The notes under the pieces were generated by a model. The model worked only from the letters and a program-made list of their open reading frames with translations. It searched no databases and was not told the DNA's origin. Made by a program: the position numbers and the translations under genes. Positions 14,301-28,000 of a DNA stretch of 64,000 nucleotides are shown piece by piece. Source of the DNA: Lytechinus pictus (taxonomy: Eukaryota); NCBI RefSeq assembly GCF_037042905.1, contig NC_087256.1, positions 26,350,001-26,414,000 of the forward strand, given 5' to 3'. Numbering within the stretch: position 1 is the stretch's first letter; each line of letters opens with the position of its first letter.

Positions 14301-15479
14301 ATGGTAACTTATTTCCATTCAAGAATGTTACTTTATATTGTATTTGCTGATTTAATTGCTAATATAGATATCTATTTCATATTTTTATCAATAAATTTCT
14401 TAGAAAAGCTTTCATACATGTATGTCACCTGTGAAGAAGTTCATTGATATATCACTACATTGAAAAAATATATTCATATATGTGTTAGTTATTGAATACA
14501 ATTTCATTTGTATCAAATATGAGTTAAATTGCAGCACTTTATAAGATAAATTTTAGAGGTTTATTCTATCAAAATTGTTGACTTTGATTACAAATCTATA
14601 TTAAGGCATATATTTTAGGCAAGTCCATGCAAATAAGCTCTATTTGAAGAGTTTCTGTTTACTACAACACAGTTCATACAACTTGTTCTAATAACAAATT
14701 TACAAGAACAGTTATAAGCTACTGAAATCCTTCAATCTGATTGGCTGATAGTAAATTTGTTATAGAAATTGTGCATTTGTTATTATAACAAGTCTTTATG
14801 AAATGGAACTCAGATCATACAAATTATTTAACCCAGCAAATGTTTTAGTTTCAAACTTTCAAACATATATTTCATATCACGCTTGTGTAAAATAAATCTG
14901 ATGATTAGAATTATAACATTTTCCCTCTCTAATATTGATAGTTTTGAAAAATTGTCTTTTTTTGTTTAAAATCACAACTAAGGAGTTTCTAGATTGCACA
15001 GCGTAATAATATATGAATTCTTCTTGAGATGAGGAAAAAGGAGCTGCTCTGAGTGCAAATAGAAATGATTAAGATGAAAGTTTTTTTTTTCAATTTGTCA
15101 TTACCTTTGGTCACTTGCGATGAAAAGAGTTGAACAAGCTTCTTTCTACAAATCAACAACCAGTGCGAAATTATCTGGAGGTCTAGTTCATCCAGTTTAT
15201 TACACAAGGCCTTTGATTGGTCGACTCGAGTGAAAGTGTTAAAAAGCCATCAGGCATTTTACCAAAGTCAGAGTTGATTATTTTCCACCAAGATCCAGCG
15301 AGTTTCTTTTCATGGCAAATCCTCATGCTTCATCATAGACATCTAGACTAATGTTGACAGAAGACAACAAGACTGATGTTGATGGAAGGTCTTGTGAATG
15401 ACTATCAGCGTTACATATAAGGTTTGGCCTGGGGATTTGTGCTTTCATGGTTTACACATCAAAGCTAGCACATGCTTCA

Positions 15480-15705
15480 GCCTACCTGTGGACCAATCGC
15501 TTGCTGATTCAGACGAGGCCTCTGATTGGTCAATTCTGTACCTATAGGCTAATCCTTCCATGCTGATTCAGACAAGGCCTCTCAATTCAGTACCTGTAGG
15601 CTGATTATTCCCTGCTGATTCAGACAAGGCCTCTGATTGGTCAATTCTGTTTCAATAGATTAATCCTTCCCTGGTGATTCAGACAAGGCCTCTGATTGGT
15701 CAACT
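15480..15705. repeat. About 59-bp tandem repeat overlapping the P450 stop codon
   Basis: TGATTCAGACAAGGCCTCTGATTGGTCAA units at about 15505, 15564, 15616 and 15675. Confidence 0.85.
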
Positions 15706-18700
15706 TTAGTGAAGCTCGCTGAGAGTTCTTTTGGCCTAGCCATGGGTAGCCATTTGTAATCAAGATCTTCATCTTGGTCGCCTAAAGTCCAGTTGTAACG
15801 TCCAACTAGGTACTGACTCACTTTCTGTATTTGATCAAAGAAGAAAAAATATCAATTTTTTAAATCATACACTTTGTTGACTGTATATATATCAAGAAAA
15901 TGCATAAACAAGAAATATAAAAGGCTATGTTACTGTCTCAATACAAAAGACAGTACCAAGCTGAAAATAGTATCCTTTCTGACCCAAATTATTTACAGAA
16001 GCGACTAGGGAATAAATATTCAATGGAAAATAGTAAAAGAATGGGAAAATAAGTTTATAAGTATGAAAAAAAAATCATTATTACATTTAACAAAGGTGTA
16101 CATTATGAGAATCATATATCAGTAGAAATATATCTCAGTGTTAAGGACAAATTATAGTAATGTACAAGTACATAGTCACTTATGAACATTCGAATATGCA
16201 TAAATAAGGACTGGTTATACAACTGACACCATATATGTATTTTAATTCACTTTTAATCATTCCACCTGGAAAAAATCAAAAAATTCAATTTTCTACATGC
16301 AATATTTTATCTAGATACATGTAGTTCATTGACTATATTTACCTTAATCAAGTTTTTCATGAGTGATGTACCAACACAGCATCTAGGCCCATCACCATAG
16401 CAAAATAGCAGTTTCTCCTTTTCTTTGGAACTGTGAAAAATAATAGTAAAGAAACTTTATTTTTTACTTAACCTGATGACTTCTAAAGTCTCTAATTTCC
16501 AAAGGCTTTCTACAAGGACTAATAGGCTCTTGCCGTCAGAGGGTTAGCCCTTCTTGACTGATCCTGTATTTTCAATGATATACATGTAGGAGGAAATTTA
16601 AATCATTTGCTGAAATTCAAGGATACATATGACCAACTGTTACAAGACAATAAAAGGTATTGACCCTCCTCTTTAGTGGCAAAGACTTTTTCTTTTATTT
16701 ACTGATTCATTTATTTTGTTTAAAGGCATAAATAATAATAGCTGGATTTATTAAGCGCTATTTGCCTGAGGATACAAAGTGCTGCTATTGTTACCCCGGC
16801 ATTAGCCGAGCTGCCATATAGGTGCTAAAGCATTTAAGGAATTTCTTCCTACCAGGTACCCTTTCACATCACCTGGGTTGAGTGCAGCACAAAGTGGGTA
16901 AACTTCTTGCTGAAGGAAAACATGCCATGGCTGGGAATCGGACCCACGTCCCTCAGATTGAAAGACAAGCATCATAACCACTAGACCACGATGCCCCCAC
17001 ATAATAAATACATAATTCCAATGTCCAAGGGCCTGAAAGGCCCTTTTTTGGGGGGATTTTGGGGGATTTGTGACTGAATTCTATTTGATTGCATAAATCA
17101 TTTCTACAGCAGGCAAAGCAAAAGATTTACCGGGTCTCAGAGCACATTGCCCCAAAATGTAACAAACAGTTATAGTTTGCAAAGAACCCTAATACATAAT
17201 TCATTTTCTCTTGGTTTAGAAGCCAAAGCATTGTCCTTGTGTCTAAAAAATTTGTTTCCCCATAACGAAAAAAAAAATCAAGGCCAATGGCTTAGGATTT
17301 CTCTCTTTTTTTTAAGGTACAATGTATAATTTGAAAGAGCTCCCAAATCTACATTTAAATGAAGATCTGGCGTTGTTCAGGCAGGAGTGTACCCTGATTA
17401 CAATATGGACGATGTTTTACAGCCCTTTGCCAATTGAAATAAGAATTATATTTGTTAGGGTTTGAATTTGAATTAAAATAAGTCGGAAGGTTTTATTAGA
17501 GCTGGTCGTTTTGGAATGTTAAAGGCTTGCTGGAGAAGTTTCACTATATTGTAAATACAACTTAAGACTTTCCACCCAGTAACTAAGATTGCATCGATCA
17601 ATCTAACCGACAAGTCAGATGGTCTGGTGGTACAGTTGCTGACCGGCAATGGGTAGATGAGAGGTTCAAATCCTGCTGGTTCCTATATCTTTTTCTGACT
17701 TATCAGATATATCAATCAATGTGATCTCATTTACTGGTTTGAAAGCCATAAATTGGATTTCCAAAGTTTTGTTTCTTCCTTACTTGTCCGCCCATCTTGT
17801 TGGATCAAAGGTGTCTGGGTTCTTGAATACATCAGGATCTCTGTGGGCGATGGAGGAGACGTAGATGACTGCATAGCCCTTGGGCACTTTGTAACCATCA
17901 AGTATGAAATCCTAGAAATAAATAATTTTTTAATAATCATAAGAGTTCATCTTGAACAAGTTTAAAATCCTATACTTTCACTATGCTTTGTACTTGTAAG
18001 ATGCTAACTCATACATTTACACACCCACCCATTATGCTGGTTCCGTGGCATTTGCTCTGGCAACAATTGCTCCGATGGAAAAATTTGCACGTTAAGTGAA
18101 ACATAAAAATTGAAACCCTAACCCTTATCTTTACATTATTCTGAACCAAAAACTCCATTTTGATCCTATCGATAACCCGATGCCCTCGGAAAATTAAGAC
18201 CGGGGTCCCATGACACAAAGGTTAGCGATTGATGGCTAATTTCAAAGGACAATTCTGATTGGTCCATAGTCAGTCTACTTAGCAAAATGCGCATGCAACG
18301 ATGATCTTGCTTGGTCATTACATTTAGCGATTAATCGCTAACCTTTGTGTTAAGGCACCCAGAGCAAATGTTGCATGAGCATATGTTGTGTTACCTTATT
18401 TATATAGTTTCTCTCCCTTATTTCCTTCTACTCCCCCTCCTATCAACTCTCTGCCGAAGAATAGTAATGGTGCACTGAAAATGTACCTTTTATCAAATTT
18501 GTTTTTCTTTTAAAAGTTTAAAAGTTTTTAAGTTGTCTAACAATGATAAAATAAAGATGTTTAATCCCTGCATATTGACTGTTTCCAGACAAATTTCAGG
18601 GTTCCCAGCTTTTCAAGAAAACAAAATTCCCTGATTTTTCCCTGATGAAATTAATTATTCCCTGATAATTATTCAAACCCATTCCCAATTTCGCATGTTT

Positions 18701-21700
18701 TCTAAGTTGATGCAGTGAATTACACGTATTTTCAGTATAAACTTAAAAACAATAATGTAAGACTAATTAGTACCAACCTAACCAGTCATTCTATGGATAT
18801 TGTTTTGATATGCAACAAAATATAACATGGTCTGACTGACTACCGTACTTTCGACTTTTGGGCTGATCAAAATTCCCTGATTTGAGGTATTTTTTCATCA
18901 AATTCCCTGATTTTTCCCTGACTGGAAAAAAGTCAAATAATTTTCCCTGATTTCCCTGATGGGCTGGGAACCCTGAATTTACAACACCAAGGATAGTAAT
19001 TATTTGTCTCAGGCATTTGTGTATTTCAAAACCACATCATGCATCGCATCATCCTTATTCATCATCATCATCATCCCTGTAAATATTGTCATCATAATCA
19101 TCACCATCGTGATCATCATCACCATCAATATCATTGTCACCATCATCTTCATCATCATCACAATCATAAACACTGTACTGTCATCACCATCAATAGACAT
19201 TATGCATTGACGTCACTGTGCCACTATCTTAGCAACTGAAGCCACTGCTTTGCATGTGCTGGTAATCTGCACCTGGCGCATCTCTGACAACTCCCTTTAT
19301 GAGTATTCCTATATCCTCTGAGGGAGGGCGCTATGAGATTATGACATCATATGCATAAGATTGATGGTGATGACTGTTGAGTGGATTTTTTTAAATGAAT
19401 ATAGGCCAAAAGGAATACCTCTCTGACAAGTCTCCTCCCTCCCAGGACTGGGGGCCATAGTCTCTCTGTTTCCAGCAAACACCATTCAAGATAATCGCTG
19501 CTCTCTCTTGCCATCTCTTGCATGTTATCCTATACAGTAAGGACAAATAGTCAGAACTTATTCATGTTAGAACCTATAAATTCATAGTGAAAAAAAGCAA
19601 CAATAACGACAACAAAAAGGCAGTTTATCAGCAATTCTACTGCATAATTAACTTTTTGTACGCCCAATCCTAATTTTCCTCCATTCTTGCTAAATACCTC
19701 ACGGAACTGTGCAAGTTGTGATCATTTCAAATTAATTAGAGAAAAAATGATTTCAGGAACGGCCCACAAAGCTGGTCGGACATACATATACTATGGAATA
19801 ATTCTTATTGTATAGTGCTCCTATCTATGAGAAGTGACCGTCCGCATTCTCGAGCACTCCCCATCTTATTAATCCCAAATTCATTAACCCTACCGGAGCT
19901 ATACAACATGTAGAGCTCGAAATTAAGAATTCAAAGGTGAAGGGCCATTCTCTATTACGGGCACTTCCTCGAAAGGAAAGGTGGTGCCCAATTTAGGGTC
20001 ATCCAAGGCTATCAAAAAGGACATCAATAGTAAAATGTACTTTTGAAGGGGACACATGCACTGGGTTACCACAGGGCACCAAGACCTCAAGAAAAAGGGC
20101 AATTAAGTCTACAAATATCATGAATGCAAATCGGAGGGCATTGGAGGCCATATGGCCTTGGGTTACTTGGAGCCCTGAACAAAGTAACATTTTGAGGTCA
20201 AAGGAGCCAGTTCATGTCAAATACCAATTTACCTCACCTAGGTCAAGATATTGGTGTGATAAAACATGGAGTTTCATGAAATCTTAATATTCTGCAGAGT
20301 GATACAAATTAGACTACCATTACACATCATTTTGCTTAACGAGGCACATTGGACTTTTTTTTTCTCTTCTTTTTCTTAGACCCGATAGCTTAAATTAGAT
20401 AGAAAATAATGTCACTTGATAAATTAATTGGTCAATGAAACTATTTGTCCCCATAATTGTGATTCTAGCAGTTATTTCATTATTCACTTGCCTAGTTTAA
20501 AACATGGTTTTAAAATTAGGTTTTTCCCATTTAATATTTCACCTTGCTTTTGGAGCAGAGGGCCAGTGTGAACGACGTCAGGAGTGAAGCGATTGCTTTC
20601 GGCACCAGGGCGGAAACAAAGGGTAGAATGTGTTGCTCTAGCTCTGATTGGTCCTTAAATCCAGCTTGCCTGGCTCTTGTTAAGAAAGAACCCTTGTCTG
20701 CCTGGCTTGCGAGACGAGTTCGTATTAGCTCCAAAAGTTTGTCCTGGTTTATAGGGAAAATGCAAAATGATGCACATCTATGTAAGACATCACTGATATG
20801 AGATCAACAATGTAGAATTATCATGAAAATGCTTTTTTTTTTATAATTTAGGCTGGCCGGGGACCCTCTTGGTCCCACATATTCAGTAATTAGTACATTT
20901 ATCTGGCAATATAACTTATACTGTGTCAGCTTCAAAATACTGGAATGATTTGCCTCTCACAAGCAGCCAGTCCCCATCCCTAACAATTTTCAGAATGGCA
21001 TTATAAACACATCACTTTCATAGTTTGTAGTTTGAAGATTATATAATTATAATATTCCACAAATTATTTCTTTGTCAGCACTTTGGGCCTTAAGGGAAAA
21101 GTAGTAATGATGACGATGATTATGAGTAAAAAAGCCCTGATTTATAGCAGTTTTATATATCAAAGAGGAAAAATTGTGATATTTATAAATAATACTGATT
21201 CTGAAATTATTGTGCACCTTGATCATCCGATCCAATCAAAGCTCTAGCTTTCCCCAGGAATAAACAGAGTTCTTATTCCAATCCCATGTTTTCTGACACT
21301 GCACTTGGCTGCACACAGAGGAGTAGTAAATACATGTAATATGGCATGCTTTTTTTGTGTGTGTAAGGGACAGTGTGAAGCAACATACCTTAGATTCCAC
21401 AGCTTGTTTGCAGGATGAAGACCAATAAGAGACTTTTAAGTTCAGGGGAACAGATATCACCCCTGAATTAACCAAAAAAGGAAGAAAATACTCTTTAAAC
21501 ATATAATTATATCTCAACTTCTACTAAGTATCCCTGGTCACAGTGTTTCTTCTCAAAGATCCCTGCCACCATCATTGGGTCAGATGCATAAAAAGTAGAA
21601 ATTGCACGCAAGCAATTACTTTAAGTACAAGCATTAGCTAGCCAAGCAAAAGATCATGCTTCAGCAATTGCTTTATTTCATATGCATAACCCTTTGCTAG

Positions 21701-24700
21701 TGCTTCAACCCTTTTCTTGCCTTCAGAAAGTAATTGCTAGCGGTTTGAACAATAGCGACGTCATGATGCAGCGTGCCAGCGCACTGGTGTAAACACAAAA
21801 AGCAATTGCTACTTTTTATGCATCTGACCCATTGTCTTTGCTATGTTCTCATTGTCTCAGCACTAATACCATCTTCATCATAATCATTATCAAAATAGTT
21901 ACAATAGTCATCTGCATCTTCACAAGCACTATCTTCACCACAATNNNNNNNNNNNNNNNNNNNNNNNNNNNNNNNNNNNNNNNNNNNNNNNNNNNNNNNN
22001 NNNNNNNNNNNNNNNNNNNNNNNNNNNNNNNNNNNNNNNNNNNNNNNNNNNNNNNNNNNNNNNNNNNNNNNNNNNNNNNNNNNNNNNNNNNNNNNNNNNN
22101 NNNNNNCTTCATTACCATAATTTCTGTTGTCGTGATCTCTATCTTCACAATGATATCCCTACCTCTCGCATCATCATCAGCATCTCTTCAACATTGTTAC
22201 CATGGTCACCACCATCAACATCATCATCAAAACCATGAGATCTTCACTATGTTTGAACATCGCATCAACACCACCATCAGGTTTATAATCCCATATTAAA
22301 ATTTTGATAACGATCTCTCAAGGTAAAAAACCTACCATGCCAATGTGTGGTTGCCAGCGACGCTACATCGTGGGCCAGGTCGGGAGAATCGGTAGCATCA
22401 AGGTCAAGGAACAGCGCTAGCATGAGCTCCGTCGCAAACAATTTGAATGTCTCGTAGACCTGAACTGAATCACTGCAAGAATTCAATATATAATCATCAA
22501 GGAGAGTAGGGTAAACTGATTTTCACAGAGTCATTTGATCTCTTCCATAATTTCAGGAATTAATAGCATAATCGCACTATCGATTAAAACATGCTTTTTG
22601 GCATGCTTATACTGCCTTCATATTTCTTAGACAAACTGACACCAACATTATGACAAAATCAAAGAGATTCTCATTGGTAATGATCACTGGATTAGATCAG
22701 GAAATTGGTTAACCATAAAGTTACGGCATAATGGTTTGGATCGAGGTATATATGAAGGATATAGTTTAAAGCTTCAGTGCTAGGGTGCACCATGAGTTCA
22801 ATCTGCCTTGTCTATGTATATCAAATGAGGAAGAGTTATCCCCATGTGTGAGCTAACCAGGTTCTGGTACAGGTTAGCGGGACATTTCTTGAATGAACTT
22901 GTCAGATGATTTTATCAGAGAAAGACTGTTTTATCTAACAGTTACCACAGTAATGCACTAGTCAGACACTTGTGCTTCTCAGCCAATCAAAATTAAGGGA
23001 AAATATCAGATCTCACAAATGCGACTGGCCAAGCAAAAACCAACAATAAGCTGCAAAGTGAGGTTCTCTATCAATTGCCAAGATGGTAGGCCTAATTTGG
23101 TCTTCAAAAAGTAAAAATTATCTTATCTCGATACTGTCAAAATGTGAAGTTAAGTAAAAGACAAGATACAAGCATTTCTCCGACACCTTTTATTTTCCAG
23201 ACTGCTTTAATAGGAGTTTCATCGAGATAGCACAGTATGCACATCTCATGCTTGACTGAACCCTAAACTTCAAACCTTCTTTTCTCCTATATTTTTTGAA
23301 GCTCTCACACAAATTCTTCTACCTTCAATCAAATACTTGTGTGGGTTATTGGTGATCAATTACAACATGTTATATATAGTGTGGAGGAGCCGTGGTGTAG
23401 TGGTTCTGACTCTCGCCTTGTAAACAGAGGGTCGTGTGTTCGAATCCCACCGCGGTCTGGCGTCCTTTGGCAAGGCGTTAATCCACACTTTGCCACTCTC
23501 GACCCAGGTGCTAAATGGGTACCCTGTGTGCGCCTCACCGGCGACTGACTGGAATACTCCCCAGGGAGTGGAGGATGTGCACACATTGTGTGCGGGAATG
23601 ACTGATTGAATCTGATGACCGGGGTAATAATATATCTGTAAAGCGCTTAGACACGTCGTTCCGATGTATTAAGCGCTATATAAAAAACGGATCATTATTA
23701 TTATTATAATTTCTAATGTTTAGGATGTGATTTTTCAAGCTCAATACAAACCTTAATGACTATTTTGGGCAACGTTTGTTTGTTTGTTTTGGGGTTGCAG
23801 GTCACAATTCGTCAAAATTGGAGATGAAACACTCTCTTGGACCACCAGTTAAACACATTTCCCTTCTCATCAAAATGACAACGAACCTGGAATGCAAGTC
23901 ACTGAAATGCCTCTGGATGAACTTCTGGACGATCCTGTCAAACTTTGGCAAGGCGTTCTGGATGAAGACGTGGTGCATGAGGGCATGGAGTCTGTCTGCC
24001 TCGGTTGCCTCCTCAAACATGATGTTGTCGCCATAGAGATGGTGGAGCATGGCCTTATATCCCAGGCTCATCTTGGTATGGTGTTCTATGAGCATAGGAA
24101 ATGAAATTCATAACTGGATCTATGAACATTAATGATCGAATACAAGAATGTCATGAACATATGAATTTCATACAAAAGTGTTTTTACTGGCTTAATGCCT
24201 ATCAATGGAAGACTGTGATATTCTTCCTCATTAAAAAAAAGAAAGAACTATAATGCTTTCGCTCATGTGATTTTTGCAAATCATACAGAATTAAAAAAAA
24301 ATCTCTTGTATGACATTCCTACTTGGCAATGTGGAGTGCACTGGTGCAAATTCAAGCAGTGAACCTGTGGTAGAGTGCAATTCCTCTGAGGACATTTCTC
24401 CTACTCTCTGATCCTCAAACTATCTCAAAGTAATTATAGTTGTAATTCATTAGCATTATATGCTTTCAATTCTGAACGTATTGCATTACAGTAATTATCA
24501 AATTGGCTGACAGAGAGCACAATGATAGAGTTTTACAACCTCCATAAACTTAATCTGGGGCCCATAACACAAAGCTTAGCAATTTTTTTAACGACAAATT
24601 GCATTGCCTAAAATGTACATTCAAGCGTACAATTAATCCCTTTAGTGTTACGGGACCCTGGTCCACTTTTCATGAATATTTTTCAATATAACTTTCTAAA

Positions 24701-25008
24701 ATTCATCATAAATCTGCTCTCATCCGATTAAGCGCCATGATTTAAGAAGCTTATGATAATATCTTAAAACTTTTCATTGCTAGCAAGTTTCATGAATCAG
24801 GGCCCTGCACTGTCTTACCAGTCAACAGCTCCTTGACAGCACTGCATGAGCACACAAAGACAGTGGGTTTGTTGAGAATTCTCGACTGGAAGATCCTGGC
24901 ACCATACTCCTCGATTCGGCTGTTGATGTAAAGCGGGACGCTCCGGTAGAACTCGAGAGAGCTGTCTCCAAGGATGGGGTAGCCGATCTTCCCTTTAGGG
25001 ATCGCCAT
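15660..25008 (-). CDS. Cytochrome P450 (CYP26/CYP120-like, atypical I-helix); 9 coding exons, 430 aa from ATG 25008
   Basis: Exons 25008-24819, 24085-23887, 22472-22336, 21462-21389, 20743-20543, 19529-19419, 17911-17784, 16430-16343, 15824-15660; all GT-AG, phases consistent, 1293 nt total. Motifs: Pro-rich hinge PKGKIGYPILG, K-helix ETER (ExxR), DGYKVPKG, HRDPDVFKNPDTFDPTRW (PERF region), heme loop YGDGPRCCVG. The true start codon is uncertain (see findings). Confidence 0.9.
16733..16998 (-). mobile_element. tRNA-derived SINE (minus strand)
   Basis: Reverse complement shows CGTGGTCTAGTGG, a degenerate B box, the CACTCAACCCAGGTG core and an ATT tail. Confidence 0.75.
18597..18975. mobile_element. 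hAT-like MITE with 5-bp TSD
   Basis: TIR CAGGGTTCCCAGC / GCTGGGAACCCTG, TSD AATTT, repeated TTCCCTGA subterminal motifs. Confidence 0.8.
19030..19195. repeat. Degenerate (CAT)n microsatellite
   Basis: ATC/CAT-rich tract; similar tracts at 21860-22280 and 25020-25135. Confidence 0.85.
21945..22106. other. Assembly gap (N run) within a low-complexity P450 intron
   Basis: Run of N flanked by CAT-rich sequence. Confidence 0.99.
23384..23707 (+). mobile_element. tRNA-derived SINE
   Basis: Pol III A box (TGGTGTAGTGG) and B box (GTTCGAATC), CACTCGACCCAGGTG...AATGGGTACC core, TAAGCGCTATATAAA followed by an (ATT)n tail. Confidence 0.85.
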
Positions 25009-28000
25009 GGCGATGAGAAGAGGATGAGACTGATGGTGGCGAGGATGGTGGTTATGGCAATGGAGATGATGATGGTGATGATGGTAACTAATGATGATGA
25101 TGATGACGATGATGGCAGTGATGGTGAAGATGGCATTGACTTGTCTGCAGATTCAGCCCCTACTTGATACCTTAATCAAAAGTTTCGAGAATCCTAGCAT
25201 ACAGTGTATGTTCAAATTTAAAGTGTGAGATCAACAGAGTATTAATACAAATCCTGATCAGATTAACAAGTCTGTGAATCTAGACCCCTTTCATTAAACC
25301 AGGCATTTCTTCCAAGTGATGGTGAAGCCTATGGCCAAACAGCTGCTGTGCTTTGTGGTTAATGCTGCCTGTAATTGACATGATCTGGTGTTTCTGCTGA
25401 TGACAGTGGTTGAGGAACACATTCTTATATCTTGGGACATCATGAAACCACCCGACTAGTCACTCTTCCACTACTCACCTGGACAGAAAAGCAGAGGCAA
25501 AAGGGGATGGAGAGGTGGGAGGCAGGGAGAAAGTGAGAGAAAGATACATGTAGAATGGAACAGGGGGCCGGAGGGAGAAAAAAAAAAGGGAGAGAGGAGG
25601 GGAGAACAATAGGCCATCAGAAATCTCGACAAAATTCAAATGACATTTAGATCTTCCAATTTCCTGACACAGTTGAAGATTATAGAAGATAGTATGTAAT
25701 ATTTGACTTCTCAAAGAAAAGATTAACAAATATTTCCTGACATTCTGAGAGCAAATAGATAGGACTAACTATGTAAGTTACATTTCCACTGATAATGTTC
25801 AGTTGAGCCAAGCAATAGGTATTGTGACAGTCACTTCTGGATATCCACATAAACAGTGGTGGCGCCAAGTAGGGGTGAGGTCAGGATATTATAGGGGGGG
25901 GGGGCAAGACTTCCTAAATATGACACCATGGTTCCATCTTACAAAGAGTTATGATCGAACCGATCAACATCAGCTATGGAATCCATCGATGTCATAATTT
26001 TTTCATGCAGGAAATTTGCACAATGTCCCTTGTAAACAAAGAGGAACACACTGTATTGCCATAACAATGATGCAGGCATGAATCCACATCATATTTAGAA
26101 TACATTTTTAACAGAAATACGCATTTTGAATGTTGAGATTGCTGGCTTTCCATAGTTGTGGTTGAATGGATCAATCACAACTCTGTGTAAGATGGGGTCA
26201 ATATATCTAACAGAATTAGGCGATAGGGCTACATGTATATAATTGACTCCTCATATGGGTATTACAAACTTGTATGCTCTTCTTTCCCTTTCTCATTTCT
26301 CCCCTATTCTCTTTATTTTTTCTATTTGAAAAACCATATGGGGGGGGGGGGGTGGAGGTCGCCCCTGCTACTAGAAAAGGCTAGACATTTATCATAGTTT
26401 AGCCCTTGTTGAACTTACTTGTATTTGTGTTTTTATTGAAAGAAAACATAATCAGTGAATTAACTATGAAAAGTGTTTGGTATGATGATATACCATACAA
26501 CGCTATCGACACAGAGTATACGATTCATGAGTAAGATGAAAAAACAGAAACTAAATAAATTAATGAAATAAACGAATAATGATCAACATCCATAACACTA
26601 TTTTTAGAGGGAAACACAAGTTCATAACATCAGAAATGGCATGTAGCATACCCTGAATTATGAAACCGTCGCATCTTTTGGGTGAAATGACCTCGATCTA
26701 GATCCTACTCTTGGTTTTTAAGTTACATTTTTTAAGGTAATAAGCATCTAATATCCTTATCTTATTTACATTTTTGTTGTTGTTGTTGTTCGTTGTGGGT
26801 CGTTTCCACACCCAAATGATCTCCTCGGTATACCATTACGTCTTACCCCCGTTTGGGAACGGACCGCAGTTCGGATTGCAAACTGCGGTATTTCACCCCA
26901 TTTTGCGTTTGAAAATCTAAAACATCATTTCCAAGCCCTGGGGGTCGTTTCATAAAGCTGTTCGTAAGTTAAGAGCGACTTTAACAACGACTGGTGATCA
27001 TCGCCAGTTGTACCATTTACCGCAAGACATGATCACCAGTCGCTCTTAACTTACGAACAGCTTTATGAAACACCCGCCTGATCAACCCCGCTTGGCCAGG
27101 TAATCCCCACAGGCCAGATTATGAGCGTTGAGCCAAGGACGAAATGATAACAACAGCTGTGCTATTACGTAAGTCTTCTCTGCCTGTAGAAGGACCTTCG
27201 GAATTGAATTATTGTATTCGATATTTAATCACGTTTTCAAAGGCATATTGTATTCAGAAATTCAATGCTAGCCCATTTTCAATTTCGAACAAAGAAAATC
27301 AACCTCGAAATAAGGAAAGCCCGGAAGGAAAGTAAGTGAATAAAAAATGGCGACATATTTTCCCGGACCGCACTCGGGCTGTTGCGTTATCTTCGGACCG
27401 AGGTCAAGAAACAGGTGTTTTGATAATTACATTGCATGCCTGGGGCAGTAGGGTTTTCGTACTTGGAGAAGAGGGGTATAGTGTTATCAAACGGAGCTCT
27501 TTCGTCATGCTCTCAGTGTGTTTGTCACAAGGTTGATGAGCTGCTAGGTACTATTTGCTTAGATACTGGTGCTAGAAGTTGGCATTGGTGCTTTTGATGA
27601 AACGAGCCAAAGAAGATGTTATTATAGATTGCATTTGGGGTGACAATTTGGGGTTAGTCCCAAGGAGGGAAAAGAGGGATATATCTCGAAGATAGGAGGG
27701 GGTGCTTGTCAATACATTTTTGAACATTTAAAATGTGGACTGGAAGGTGTCAAAAGTTCCTAATCTAGATCTACCATATTTTTGCCAATAAGCACATTTA
27801 CTGCGGTACTACTAAAGTTAGTAGGATGGGGGAGGAAGAGCGAAGAGGTCACAATTAAAGCCAAGGGCAAAGTCCGGAGAGTTAACTTAAGCCTCAAGGC
27901 AGCATCAGCCATCATCAGAAGTTCTCAACCGTCAACATAGTCATAGATCCACACGCATCAATTAGATCTAGAGCAGAAACTGATTAAGTGCATTTGGTAT

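Noticed and set aside
16473-16563. Apparent extra P450 exon flanked by AG and GT
   Set aside because: Stops in all three frames; the flanking exons already join in phase (AA|T).
19004-19239. His-, Ile- or Met-rich ORFs (also 21832-22299, 48465-48713, 13649-13923, 31430-31615)
   Set aside because: Translations of microsatellite or purine/pyrimidine tracts in introns or intergenic DNA.
23384-23460. tRNA-like sequences (also at 32471, 16930-16998, 910-985, about 17620-17680)
   Set aside because: A and B boxes are present, but most run into SINE bodies with ATT tails and none gives a clean cloverleaf; not called as tRNA genes.
24822-25136. 104-aa ORF with a hydrophobic N-terminus overlapping the first P450 coding exon
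   Set aside because: Out of frame with the P450; its hydrophobicity comes from the CAT repeat read in another frame.
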